64,000 nucleotides of DNA, from contig CAZKFF010000007.1 of assembly GCA_964552045.1 (NCBI GenBank), positions 3,949 through 67,948 on the forward strand. The letters run 5' to 3'. Every line of letters begins with the position of its first letter. The first letter of the stretch is position 1. Position numbers and translations under genes: made by a program. This DNA is from an uncultured Candidatus Saccharibacteria bacterium (GTDB lineage: Bacteria; Patescibacteriota; Minisyncoccia; Phycocordibacterales; UBA918). Below are positions 8,388 through 18,021 of the stretch, piece by piece. The notes under the pieces are model-generated. The model was not told the origin of the DNA and did not search any database. It saw only the letters and a list, made by a program, of their open reading frames with translations.

Positions 8388-9482
8388 TCACATAAATGGC
8401 GCGAGGGCTAAGCCGATGGCTGTCGCGTACCCGAACGAGAAGCGCCGACCGATGGGCGGGACCTTCTCTTCTATTGAAAAGGCATTCTGCCACACATTAG
8501 CGCGCTTGGCTTCGACCTCGAGCGTCTCAGTGAAATACGCGGGGAGTCCCTTCATATTGACGCTGCCGCCGCAGAGAATGATCGACTGTATCTGCCGGTC
8601 CTCATGCGCAATATCCTTGGTGTTCCAGTACTGAATGCGCATGCCGATCTCTTCTGAGATGGACGACATGGCGGTAAGAAGCACGTCATAGACGCTGCTG
8701 TCACTTACCCCCTGTATCAACCCCTGGGTGTTCTTGATCTGCGTGAGCTTCGATTCCTCCAGATCGCCCAGTTTTTTGCGCATTGCTGCGGACAGTTCCG
8801 CTCCGCCGATATCAATGGTGGAGGTGTACATCAGTATCCCCCGGTGCACAATACCCACACCGGTACGCGTTTTCCCGAAGTCAACGATCATGTGCGTGCC
8901 AGTGTCTCCGCGCGGAATGGTCGCCCGGGCGATCGCCTGTGCTTCGATCTCAAACGAGACCGGGACGACACCGGCTGCGCGGCAGGCATCGTAATAGCTC
9001 ATGACCGTATCCTTCGCGTATGCGGTTACCGATACCCGCAGCATATTCTCATCATTGCTACCCTCAATGATGTCGTAGTCGAAGAATGCATCCCGTGGAT
9101 TGAGGGGCACGTTTTCCTCGAGACGGAACTCAAGCAGACCGCGCACCTCCTTCTGCGGCGTATCGCGCTTTATTTCGGTTTCAAACAGGTAGGCCCGCTC
9201 TTCGGGAAGTGATACGCGCACATTATCTATGCCAATGCGGTCTTTGACCTCCCGAAGCGCCTCTGAGAGCTTTTTCCCGTCGTGCACGACGCCACGCGAA
9301 AGCGCCCCTTGTGCGATGTCGATATCGCCCCAGTACAGGAGCTGCAGCTGTATGCCGCTGCGGCTGTCGCTCTTGAATTGGATATATTTGAGCGACGTGT
9401 CAGAGACATCCACCCCGGCACTCGGAAGCTGAATATATGAAGGCGGCGGTATGATCTTGCCGAGCGTCTGAAGAACTTTCAT
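8388..9482 (-). CDS. pilM: Type IV pilus assembly protein PilM
   Basis: GVDVSDTSLK, IVDFGKTRT, ILCGGSVNMKGL, YATAIGLAL; start trimmed to MKVLQT. Confidence 0.92.
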   Translation of the reverse strand: MKVLQTLGKIIPPPSYIQLPSAGVDVSDTSLKYIQFKSDSRSGIQLQLLYWGDIDIAQGALSRGVVHDGKKLSEALREVKDRIGIDNVRVSLPEERAYLFETEIKRDTPQKEVRGLLEFRLEENVPLNPRDAFFDYDIIEGSNDENMLRVSVTAYAKDTVMSYYDACRAAGVVPVSFEIEAQAIARATIPRGDTGTHMIVDFGKTRTGVGIVHRGILMYTSTIDIGGAELSAAMRKKLGDLEESKLTQIKNTQGLIQGVSDSSVYDVLLTAMSSISEEIGMRIQYWNTKDIAHEDRQIQSIILCGGSVNMKGLPAYFTETLEVEAKRANVWQNAFSIEEKVPPIGRRFSFGYATAIGLALAPFM

Positions 9483-9537
9483 ATAGTAAGCATTATACGC
9501 TGTTGGGCACTTCAATTCACGGATGCAACTCACACGT

Positions 9538-9873
9538 TTAGTGTACACGTGTCCCCGCAGGGAGCGCTGCGCTCGGATGAAGCAGCGCGAACGTCGCCTC
9601 ATGGTCGGCAGCCAGGATCATGCCCTGACTCTCGAGGCCTCTGATGACCCGCACCTGCAGATTGAGAATAAAGGGGCACTGCTTCCCCACCAGCACGGAT
9701 ATGTCTTCAAAATACTCCCGGATGCCTGAGATGATCTGCCGGGGCGCTTCCTCGCCGACATCGACGGTAAGCTTCAGGAGCTTATCTGCTCCTTCCACGT
9801 ACGCAACTTCCGTGATCGTTCCGAGTGCTATATCGAGCTTCGCAAAATCGTCGTATGAGATGATCTCTTTCAT
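9538..9873 (-). CDS. Stand-alone tRNA-binding OB-fold protein (MetG C-terminal/Trbp111-like)
   Basis: ISYDDFAKLDI, GADKLLKLTVDVG, RQIISGI, GLESQGMILA. Confidence 0.9.
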   Translation of the reverse strand: MKEIISYDDFAKLDIALGTITEVAYVEGADKLLKLTVDVGEEAPRQIISGIREYFEDISVLVGKQCPFILNLQVRVIRGLESQGMILAADHEATFALLHPSAALPAGTRVH

Positions 9874-9874
9874 G

Positions 9875-10255
9875 TTATTTTTTCCGTGTTATGAAACTGT
9901 TAAGGATTATTGCTGCAGCCGAGGCGTCGGTTTTCGCGTTCCTCCCCTGGAGGCGGATGGCCTCCTGTGTTGAGTACTGCTCGGGCTCGAGATACACCGG
10001 CAAGCCTGTGTGGAGCGTCAGGTCGGTCACCAGTTCAGTGATACGCTCCTGTATCTCATTGGGCTTGCCGTTCCTACCAAGAGAATGACCAACAACGATC
10101 TCTCCGACATGCTTTTCCTGCGCAAGCGCAATGATCTTTTGGAGTGCGTCATCAGTATTCTCCACCACCTGGTCGGGAAACGCCATACTGCCCGCCTCGT
10201 CTGTGAACGCGATACCGATCCGCCGCTTCCCATAATCTATTCCCATTTTTCTCAT
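9875..10255 (-). CDS. ruvX: Holliday junction resolvase-like RuvX/YqgF
   Basis: MGIDYGKRRIGIA, IVVGH, EQYSTQEA, DASAAAIILNSF. Confidence 0.9.
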   Translation of the reverse strand: MRKMGIDYGKRRIGIAFTDEAGSMAFPDQVVENTDDALQKIIALAQEKHVGEIVVGHSLGRNGKPNEIQERITELVTDLTLHTGLPVYLEPEQYSTQEAIRLQGRNAKTDASAAAIILNSFITRKK

Positions 10256-10348
10256 TGCTATAGAGTAGCATAGTTGGAAAATTCATACTTTTCTGCTACT
10301 ATCCAGGTCACATTGCTGTGTTCGAACAGCTGTGGACATAAATATTAC

Positions 10349-10435
10349 GGAGGGATGGCTGAGTGGTTGAAGGCGGCGGTCTTGAAAACCGTTAGGGATG
10401 AAAGTCTCTCGAGGGTTCGAATCCCTCTCCCTCCG
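10349..10435 (+). tRNA. tRNA-Ser (TGA)
   Basis: GGAGGGATGGCTGAGTGGTTGAAGGCGGCGGTCTTGAAAACCG...GGTTCGAATCCCTCTCCCTCCG. Confidence 0.95.
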
Positions 10436-10702
10436 CATACGACGTGGAAGCCCAATGCGACCAAGCATCGGGCTGATTGCTTCATACGAAATGGAGAGGA
10501 TTCGAAGCTGTTTTGAGATAGTTCGAGAGCGAAGCAAATCAAAATATCCAAAACGGGTACTGAACATGGAGTGTTCGAATCCCTCTCTCCGTAGCCCGTA
10601 CGTGCCTGCGCCTTTCCATCCATCCTGCTTTTTGTCGCATTCGCAAAAGAGCCCCCATACGGCGGCTCTTTGCATGATCCGACATTGGTTCAGTTCTTCG
10701 GT

Positions 10703-12526
10703 TCAGTCCTTCTTCTCCTCGACTGCGAAGTGGAACATCATTCCTGAGTGCAGATGCTCTGCAATGTGGCAGTGCGCCATCCACTTTCCCGGATTGCTCA
10801 TATCGACCAAAAGGTCAACAGTCTGCCCCATCGGAATGAGCACCGTGTCCTTCCACTGGAGGTTGTCGTTGACGACGCCGTCCCTTCCGAGGACCACGAA
10901 GCGCTGTCCGTGGAAGTGGATCGGATGCTGCATAGGATGGAGTCCGCGACCGTCATTGAATATTCTCACCTTTACCATATCTCCCTGCGTAAAGGACCAA
11001 TCAATGTCGCCGTTTCTCTTGCCGGTATCCTGATCTTCGATGATCCACTCTATGGTCTGATCAGTACTGAGCTCATTTATCTCCACCATTCCATCTTCCC
11101 ACTCGATGCCATCGGGATGTGAATGCATCTGCATCGCACTCATACCTTCTATTGTGTAGGCGTCACAGCCATTGGTGTCCGGCATGAGCTGGCAGTGCTG
11201 CTCTGCCTGTGCCCGGGTCATTTCTGTACCATCCAAGACAACCATGTCTGCGTTATCCAGTTGCCTCAGCGCATCACATTCCGCCATCTGCGGCATTATC
11301 TTGCAGTGTTCGACCCCTTGCTCCTTGGTCATCTTCACCCCCATCAGAGTCACATTTCCGTCCGCATCTATCAGACCCTCGCCTTCGGTTGATGCCGTTT
11401 TCAACGCGACATCAAGTCGCAGGCTTTTATCCGGCTTCTGTTTTAGGAGCTCGATGATATTCTCCCGGATACTCGCATAATCGGATGCATTGGAACGGAG
11501 GTTCCGGAACTCCGCGATCCGTGAACCATCATTTTCTTCTACGATCACCTCACCGATCTTCTGGCCGCGGTTGAGGATATCGAACGTCCCTGCATCCTCA
11601 TACAGAAGCTCGACCACCGACCGTTCTGACGGGGCGATGACCGTATTATCGACCATTACCTCCTTTTCAGCCCTGCCATTATCTCCTCCGACCTGCTTCA
11701 TCTGTGCTCCCGAGAAGCTCAGGTCGAATGTACGGGTATTTGCCACATCGGTCATGAAGAACCGCGAGATCTCCCCCTGTTTGACCGTGATCTGGAAATC
11801 CTCCGAGTCATTGATGCGGATGCTGTTCCCATATCTGCCCATCAGGGCGTGGGTTACTATCTCAGGGTCGAAATCCGCATTCTCAAGGAAATCATCGAAG
11901 ATAAGATAGGACTCCTGATCAACTTCATTCCAATACCCCGGTTCTGACACGATGATATTCCCGAACAGACCGAGTCCCTGCTGGTAATCTTCACGGATGT
12001 GCGGGTGATACCAGTAGACGCCCGCGTCAGGGAATGTAAGCTCATAGGTGAATGTTCCTCCTACAGGAATCGGGTCCTGAGCAAGCGGCGCTGACCCGTC
12101 GAAATGCCAATCTCCGCGCAACCCATGGGAATGAAGGGTTGTCTCCATATCAATGCTGTTCTTGAAATTGACGGTCACCTTTGCTCCTTTTTCCACCTTC
12201 AGTACCGGACCTGGTATCTGATCGTTATACGCAAGGCGCTTAACGAGCTTATTGCCGACCTCCTGCGTTACGATCTTTGCCTCGAGATTGAATGTGTCGC
12301 CGTCGTGCAATTCAACGATCTGCGTGGGCTGTATGCGGTCGACATCTTCATGCACGGCGGTGAGTCCGCCGACGAAGTTGTCAGGCACGCGGATCTCTCG
12401 CGTCGCACTATTCTGCAGCAGCGCATTTCCGTACAAGGTGTATACCGCTGCACAGACAGCGAGCAGAAGCACGCTTCCAAGACACAGTAGCGTGTAGGTG
12501 ATCCCGGTTTTAGTAAGTGTAATCAC
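10703..12526 (-). CDS. Multicopper oxidase (three-domain, membrane-anchored)
   Basis: Four Cu motifs: TLHSHG, YWYHPH, HPIHFHG, WMAHCHIAEHLHSGM. Confidence 0.95.
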   Translation of the reverse strand: MITLTKTGITYTLLCLGSVLLLAVCAAVYTLYGNALLQNSATREIRVPDNFVGGLTAVHEDVDRIQPTQIVELHDGDTFNLEAKIVTQEVGNKLVKRLAYNDQIPGPVLKVEKGAKVTVNFKNSIDMETTLHSHGLRGDWHFDGSAPLAQDPIPVGGTFTYELTFPDAGVYWYHPHIREDYQQGLGLFGNIIVSEPGYWNEVDQESYLIFDDFLENADFDPEIVTHALMGRYGNSIRINDSEDFQITVKQGEISRFFMTDVANTRTFDLSFSGAQMKQVGGDNGRAEKEVMVDNTVIAPSERSVVELLYEDAGTFDILNRGQKIGEVIVEENDGSRIAEFRNLRSNASDYASIRENIIELLKQKPDKSLRLDVALKTASTEGEGLIDADGNVTLMGVKMTKEQGVEHCKIMPQMAECDALRQLDNADMVVLDGTEMTRAQAEQHCQLMPDTNGCDAYTIEGMSAMQMHSHPDGIEWEDGMVEINELSTDQTIEWIIEDQDTGKRNGDIDWSFTQGDMVKVRIFNDGRGLHPMQHPIHFHGQRFVVLGRDGVVNDNLQWKDTVLIPMGQTVDLLVDMSNPGKWMAHCHIAEHLHSGMMFHFAVEEKKD

Positions 12527-12542
12527 GATTTTTTGAGCGCAA

Positions 12543-13226
12543 CTATTCCACTACCAGGTATCCGATCATTCCTTTCTGGCGATGATTCATCACCGAACAA
12601 TAATATTGGAATGTTCCTGTTTTGTCAGCAGTAAAGGTAATTGAGGTATGTTCCCCGTCGTTCACGCGTTCGGTTGCCACACCCAGCTCATCAATGACCC
12701 AGTCGTGGAAACCTTGAGTACTCTTGAAGTTGATAGTGACCGTGTCGCCCTTCTTCACCTTGATCTGGTTGAGATTGTATTCGTAGTCTTTTCCCTCCAC
12801 GTCGAATTCGACATGATGCTGTTGCGAAACGGAGACTGCTGCGTCTGACTTCTCGCGCATATCGATTGCCGGGGTCACTATTGTTCCGTCACTCATCTGT
12901 ATGGTGCCGTTTGCGAGAATGACCGCGTCAGGAATCGTATCGCCGTTTTTCTTCATCACCGTACCGTCAGGCATGATGTGGACTCCCTCATAATTTTCAG
13001 CGTTTGAAGAAGACGAAGGAGCGTCGGACTGGTCCATTGACACAGGCATTGTGGCATTCTCAGCTGTATCTTGCCCGGTTTGGATGTTGGTGTTCTCCTG
13101 CTTTAGATTCACGACCTCGGGAGCGGGTATCATCCCAACTCCTTTGAGGCTATTGAACGCAAGATACCCGCCCACCAAAAGAATGATGGCTGCAATCCCG
13201 GCTAGTATCTGGTATTTTTGAGACAT
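12543..13226 (-). CDS. Membrane-anchored cupredoxin with canonical type-1 Cu site
   Basis: GFHDW...YYCSVMNHRQKGMIGYLVVE; internal HIMPDG module. Confidence 0.88.
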   Translation of the reverse strand: MSQKYQILAGIAAIILLVGGYLAFNSLKGVGMIPAPEVVNLKQENTNIQTGQDTAENATMPVSMDQSDAPSSSSNAENYEGVHIMPDGTVMKKNGDTIPDAVILANGTIQMSDGTIVTPAIDMREKSDAAVSVSQQHHVEFDVEGKDYEYNLNQIKVKKGDTVTINFKSTQGFHDWVIDELGVATERVNDGEHTSITFTADKTGTFQYYCSVMNHRQKGMIGYLVVE

Positions 13227-13229
13227 ACG

Positions 13230-13892
13230 TTAGCGGAGATCAAATTTAGGTTCGATAATCCTTCCGTCAGAGAGCTTCACTTTGCCGTCAGCGGTAATGG
13301 TCGCTCCTTCAACCTCATCCCCGTCTCCCCACATGATCATGCCGTCGCTCATGATATGGATTCCAGACACATCTTCAGCAGCTGATGTCGCAGCATCTTC
13401 ATCAACGGAATCACCCTTCTCATTGAGTTCTCCTTCAGGCAAAGTGAGGATCGCTGCAACCTCAGCTTCAGAAAATTCAGTCTTCTCCGCGATCGCCTTC
13501 GCTACTGCCGCCTTGTCTGTGTATGAGACTCCCTCAAGGAAGAACTCTTCGAGTTCCTTGCCCGGGCGCTGCACATGGGCATGCGGCTTATAGCTGTGCA
13601 CCTCTACCCAGATCTTCAGTTCCTCTGCAGTGCCGTGATCTGTCTCATCATGATGATGGACATGCATATCGGCTACAGCGTCTCCTGACAACGCTGCCTT
13701 TTGTTCCAAGAGGTCGATGAGCTGCGTAAGCACAGTGATCAACTGCTGCATGCGCGCAAGCTGCGGATCCGATGCAATTTCGGTCTCGTGTGCTTCGTCG
13801 CCATGAGCTGAAGCGAAGCTGTAGGAAGCTCCGAAAACGAGCGTAGCTATCGTCAGCAAAACCATTAGTCGCATATTCAATTGTACTGTCAT
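13230..13892 (-). CDS. Secreted His/Met-rich putative copper-binding protein
   Basis: Signal peptide ending ASA-HG, MHVHHHD, C-terminal GIHIMSDG module. Confidence 0.7.
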   Translation of the reverse strand: MTVQLNMRLMVLLTIATLVFGASYSFASAHGDEAHETEIASDPQLARMQQLITVLTQLIDLLEQKAALSGDAVADMHVHHHDETDHGTAEELKIWVEVHSYKPHAHVQRPGKELEEFFLEGVSYTDKAAVAKAIAEKTEFSEAEVAAILTLPEGELNEKGDSVDEDAATSAAEDVSGIHIMSDGMIMWGDGDEVEGATITADGKVKLSDGRIIEPKFDLR

Positions 13893-13944
13893 AGGTGAAA
13901 TATAATCTAAATGTTTAATACTGTGTGTACGAAAGCAGACGCAA

Positions 13945-14364
13945 TTAGTGCAGTTTTGGATTCAATATTCCTGCAGCATACAGAAGACCGATATACGCAT
14001 TGGGTTGCGGAGGACGAAGCTTCTGGAGATACCTGCAGCGTATGAGGGAGCGCGTGATCATGTTCCGGCATGCTGCCGCCAGCGAAAGCGAGAAAATAAG
14101 GATGAAAAGCGGCGCAGTCGGAATGGAAAAGAGGAATTTCTTCTCCGCCATGTGCATCTTATCCGCAAGTGACTCAGACGCCTGTACGGGAACAACGGGA
14201 GCTTCCTTGGCATGTACATGCTTTTCAAACGGCAGCACAGACGCGTGCGCGATGCCATAGTGCGCATGCTTCGCCTGGATCGCATGGAGACCCAAAGAAC
14301 AGATGACGATGATCGCACAGGCGATGGAGAATGCGTTTTTGATCATGTCAGTAGACATACTCAC
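13945..14364 (-). CDS. His-rich two-TM protein heading the copper operon
   Basis: Two hydrophobic segments separated by a His-rich loop; co-oriented upstream of the copper genes. Confidence 0.6.
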   Translation of the reverse strand: MSMSTDMIKNAFSIACAIIVICSLGLHAIQAKHAHYGIAHASVLPFEKHVHAKEAPVVPVQASESLADKMHMAEKKFLFSIPTAPLFILIFSLSLAAACRNMITRSLIRCRYLQKLRPPQPNAYIGLLYAAGILNPKLH

Positions 14365-14465
14365 TGTATACCATACCCTTTTCAGTATGTGCTGTAAACC
14401 ATATTTACTCCCGAAAATACGTGAGCATGCGCATGGCGCGTCCTCTTCCGTGCTACAATTTTGGC

Positions 14466-14936
14466 ATGGCAGAAGAACTCAGAGGAGTGACGTGGGAAGC
14501 ATATGAGCACCACCACGTGGAGAAAAAAAGCGACTGGTACTGGGTCGTCGGCATACTCGTCATTGCCTGTGCGCTCGGCGCGATCCTGCTCGGCAATGTC
14601 CTTCTCGGCATCGCTATCTTCACCGGCGGAGCAGTGATGCTTATCCTGGCCGCGCGGGAGCCGAAGATTGTCTCCTATGCAGTCACTCAGCGGGGGTTGC
14701 GTATCGACCAGCAGCTCTTTCCCTACTCGACACTTGAGGCATATCATATTGATGAAGAGAATGTGCTCGGTCCGCAGCTGTTGGTAATGTCCGAAAAAAT
14801 GTTCATGCCGCTTCTGGTGATCCCTGTCCCGGAGGAATACACCGACGACATAGAGGACATTATCGGGGCAAAACTCCCTGAACAACATCTCGAAGAGCCG
14901 TTCGGCCACAAAATGCTTGAATTCATCGGATTCTAA
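14466..14936 (+). CDS. Conserved two-TM protein (Parcubacteria-type, WEAYEH...DWYW)
   Basis: WEAYEHHHVEKKSDWYW, 2 TM, GLRIDQQLFPY; TGCTACAAT -10 just upstream. Confidence 0.8.
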   Translation: MAEELRGVTWEAYEHHHVEKKSDWYWVVGILVIACALGAILLGNVLLGIAIFTGGAVMLILAAREPKIVSYAVTQRGLRIDQQLFPYSTLEAYHIDEENVLGPQLLVMSEKMFMPLLVIPVPEEYTDDIEDIIGAKLPEQHLEEPFGHKMLEFIGF

Positions 14937-14990
14937 CGACCGCGTCTGAAGCGCTTCCATTAATATGTTCTTGTGGTATTATCGCTGCAC

Positions 14991-15062
14991 GCTCTCATAG
15001 TTCAATGGATAAAACTCCGGTTTGCGGTACCGGCACTCCAGGTTCGATTCCTGGTGAGAGCA
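14991..15062 (+). tRNA. tRNA-Arg (GCG)
   Basis: GCTCTCATAGTTCAATGGATAAAACTCCGGTTTGCGGTACCGGCACTCCAGGTTCGATTCCTGGTGAGAGCA; anticodon arm CCGGT-TTGCGGT-ACCGG. Confidence 0.9.
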
Positions 15063-15210
15063 CACAATGAAGACCCTCTGGGTTTTGTTTTGCGCACAAA
15101 CTTCTGCGTGCCTCCAAGAAACAGCAGACCTAACCGGATTTCCCTCTCAAAAATCGCACTCAGCGTGAGACTTCGCTGTGGTACACTAGGGTAAACGCAC
15201 GATCGCATTC

Positions 15211-16734
15211 ATGACACGAAAAAGAATACAGATTCTTATTTTTATTTTTTTGGGTGTGTGTCTGCTTGGACTCGGTGCATATCTGTACACAAACCAGGTA
15301 TCCGAAGCAGGAACCTACAAACTGACCGATCCTGATTCTTCCGTACATGTCGTTACGCTCACCGCAAAGGGCTTCAAACCGGAACGGCTCATTATTCGGA
15401 AGGGCGATCAGGTTATCTTCGAGAGCGCCGAAGACAGACCCTACTGGCCTGCCTCGGATGTGCACCCGACACATGAGGCCTACCCTGAATTCGATGCGAA
15501 GAAACCGATTGTTCCTCCGGAGAACTACGAGTTTGTCTTCGACAAGCCGGGAGTATGGTCGTACCACGACCATATCGCACACACACTTACCGGGGTTATC
15601 TATGTATTGGAAACAGGCAAAGAAAGCATAGCGGCGATCGATTACGCCAAAGCCGACTGTACGACACTTGATGGCAATGAACGCACCATGTGCTGGGATG
15701 AACATATTCGTGAAGTCGCACGTACGCAGGGACTTGATGCCGCTTTTGATTTCTTCATTTCGCTCTATGACGAAGAGGAAGGTGTGGAAAAATCCTGCCA
15801 CGAATGGATACATGCGCTCGGAGAGGCCGCATACGAGATCTATGCCCAAGGCGGAGAGGTCCAACTGCGAGCGGAGACTTCATGGTGCAGCTACGGCTAC
15901 TATCACGGCTTCATCAATGGCCTCATCTGGGACACCGGAAGCCTCGAAAAGGTTATGGACTTTTGCAATACTGCGGTCGCGAAATACGGTGATGCCCTGC
16001 CGCAGATCAAAAGCAATTGTTTCCATGGCACTGGGCACGCTGGAGTAGACTTGTTCTTCGACGATCCGGCGTATTGGGGTGATTTCAATAAAATAGCTAA
16101 GGCGGGATTCAAACAGTGCGATGATCTGTTCGGCGACGATCCGCTCATAAATGAATGCTACGGCGGGGTCATTCATGGCATCAGGTTCAGCATGCGCAAC
16201 AATATACACGGGATGAACTTTGACATTGTGATCAATCAAAAAGACCCGTACTACTACTGCCGTGATCTCGACGAGAAATACCATCGGGCCTGCTATTCCG
16301 ATTTCGCAAGCATGTTCTGGGATGTTTTCAACGGCGATGTGAAACAGGCAGTGGCCTATATCGTCAACGAGCATATTCCAAACGACGCGGTTACTGCCTA
16401 CTCGCTTCTGAAAGTGTCTGCCGCATGGGTAGAACATGACCTTGCCACCGGTGAACACCAAGCAAACGTCGAAGCGTGCCGCACGGTACAGGGTGAGCTC
16501 TTCGCTGAGTGCTTCCTCGGTATCGGTATCGGCTTTGTACAGCACGGCGAGCCGGACAATATGCACGAAAAGGCCTTTGCCTTCTGCCGGAGTGATTACC
16601 TGACGCCGGCAGAACGGACAACCTGTTTTACCCAGATGCCTGATCTGCTTGTCTCCTCCTATTCTCCTGAACGGATCGCACAGGCGTGCAGCACGCTTGC
16701 CCCGTCTGAGCGATACGGCCGTTGCGCACTGTAG
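15211..16734 (+). CDS. Membrane-anchored cupredoxin-like domain plus Cys/His-repeat domain (paralog 1)
   Basis: N-terminal TM; WPASDVHPTH...YHDH; CHEWIHALG, CSYGYYHG, CFHGTGH, CYGGVIHG. Confidence 0.85.
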   Translation: MTRKRIQILIFIFLGVCLLGLGAYLYTNQVSEAGTYKLTDPDSSVHVVTLTAKGFKPERLIIRKGDQVIFESAEDRPYWPASDVHPTHEAYPEFDAKKPIVPPENYEFVFDKPGVWSYHDHIAHTLTGVIYVLETGKESIAAIDYAKADCTTLDGNERTMCWDEHIREVARTQGLDAAFDFFISLYDEEEGVEKSCHEWIHALGEAAYEIYAQGGEVQLRAETSWCSYGYYHGFINGLIWDTGSLEKVMDFCNTAVAKYGDALPQIKSNCFHGTGHAGVDLFFDDPAYWGDFNKIAKAGFKQCDDLFGDDPLINECYGGVIHGIRFSMRNNIHGMNFDIVINQKDPYYYCRDLDEKYHRACYSDFASMFWDVFNGDVKQAVAYIVNEHIPNDAVTAYSLLKVSAAWVEHDLATGEHQANVEACRTVQGELFAECFLGIGIGFVQHGEPDNMHEKAFAFCRSDYLTPAERTTCFTQMPDLLVSSYSPERIAQACSTLAPSERYGRCAL

Positions 16735-16841
16735 ACGAGCATAATCCGACATCAGTACTGCTTTTATTCACTGATGCAAAGACACGCGTGCCCAAGCACG
16801 CGTGTCTTTCTGCTGTCTCTCTTGTAAGGTTGTTTGCAGTC

Positions 16842-18020
16842 TTAATTAGAATCGGCGATCCAGCTGTCCAAGAAGAGTGCATTGAAATTGTAACCGGCGA
16901 ACGAGTATTGGAATACGACATTTTTCCCAAGAAGCGGCCGTACCTCAAGACGCGGATTCTTTCTTCCTTCGCCTTGCCGTTCCGGGTCGTTGATCGCCTG
17001 AACCGCATAGTAGGCGCCGTCAGGAGAGAATACCGGCCAATAGAACTGGATATTGTCCTGTTCAATTCTTCCGATCTCTTTCAAAGCAAAGGTCTCCCAC
17101 GATTCGATGTCATAGACCGCGATGACTCCGTTTCCTGGAATGGTCCATATCAGGTGTTTCTTGTCAGGAGAAACCTCCATCATGGCATTCACGAGGAACT
17201 GTCCTTCGCCCTCTGAGCCAAGCACCTTGACTTCCTCGCCTTCTCCGAGCGGGGCTGCGTACAGCCCGTCATGCTTTATATAGATGAGTGTTGTCCCATC
17301 CGGAGACCACTTTGGCTGTGATGCATCGGGGATAACCTTCACGATCTCGTCTGTCTCTGGGTCAACTATGACCGTTTCCCAGTTCTGTATCTGAATATTG
17401 TCGACGCTTCGAGCATGACTGTTCGATGTCCGGCTGAACGCGAGCAATGCTGCTTCGGGAGACCATGCGAGATAGCGTTCACCGGTGCTTGATGCGCTTT
17501 TGAGGTATTTGACTGTTTTCGCTTCTGCATCAACTGCATGGATGCCAAAACTATCCTCATAGACGAGCGGGAACTTTGAAACAGCCGAGACAAAGAATTC
17601 GCTCGGATCGAGCGGATCCTTGAACTCTGCAAGTGCGCTGATAGCGAAGAACGTCTCAAAGAGCTCAGGTTCTGATGAGGTACTTACATCCAACGCATGT
17701 ACCTGTATGGATGATGTGGAATTTGTTTTTCTTCCGCTGAAGATTATTTTTCCTGCAGGCGGCGTGTCCAGCATGACCTCGTCCTGCAAACCGCCCGCAT
17801 CACTGCCCGCAGGCACGGCCTCGGAATGAAGCACTTTGATCAGAGCCATGTCTGCTTCTGTAGGCTGATACTCCTGCGGGCCTGACGGAGCAGCATCGTT
17901 GTCTACGAGCGCAGTATATACGCCCGCGCAGACAGCGACGATCACAACAGCAACGACCACCATCCAATTGATCGCTGTACGTCCTTGAACCTGATCCTTA
18001 AAAGTGCCGTGTGTTTCCAT
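16842..18020 (-). CDS. Membrane-anchored TolB/PD40-like beta-propeller protein
   Basis: LAWSPE, PKWSPDG, VSPDKK, PVFSPDG repeats; N-terminal TM. Confidence 0.8.
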   Translation of the reverse strand: METHGTFKDQVQGRTAINWMVVVAVVIVAVCAGVYTALVDNDAAPSGPQEYQPTEADMALIKVLHSEAVPAGSDAGGLQDEVMLDTPPAGKIIFSGRKTNSTSSIQVHALDVSTSSEPELFETFFAISALAEFKDPLDPSEFFVSAVSKFPLVYEDSFGIHAVDAEAKTVKYLKSASSTGERYLAWSPEAALLAFSRTSNSHARSVDNIQIQNWETVIVDPETDEIVKVIPDASQPKWSPDGTTLIYIKHDGLYAAPLGEGEEVKVLGSEGEGQFLVNAMMEVSPDKKHLIWTIPGNGVIAVYDIESWETFALKEIGRIEQDNIQFYWPVFSPDGAYYAVQAINDPERQGEGRKNPRLEVRPLLGKNVVFQYSFAGYNFNALFLDSWIADSN

Positions 18021-18021
18021 A

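Noticed and set aside
1732-10591. tRNA 3' duplicates as attL/attR of prophages or integrative elements
   Set aside because: The copies lie only ~100-160 nt from the tRNA with no integrase or cargo between; kept instead as the tRNA-echo findings.
13945-14364. DUF2946/CruR-type copper-sensing ribosome-arrest leader
   Set aside because: The position fits, but there is no CxxC and no terminal RAPP (only an internal LRPP).
15880-16752. Long antisense ORFs within Cys/His paralogs and other genes (also 46706-47557, 4944-5702, 57051-57929)
   Set aside because: They overlap well-supported genes on the opposite strand and show no motifs.
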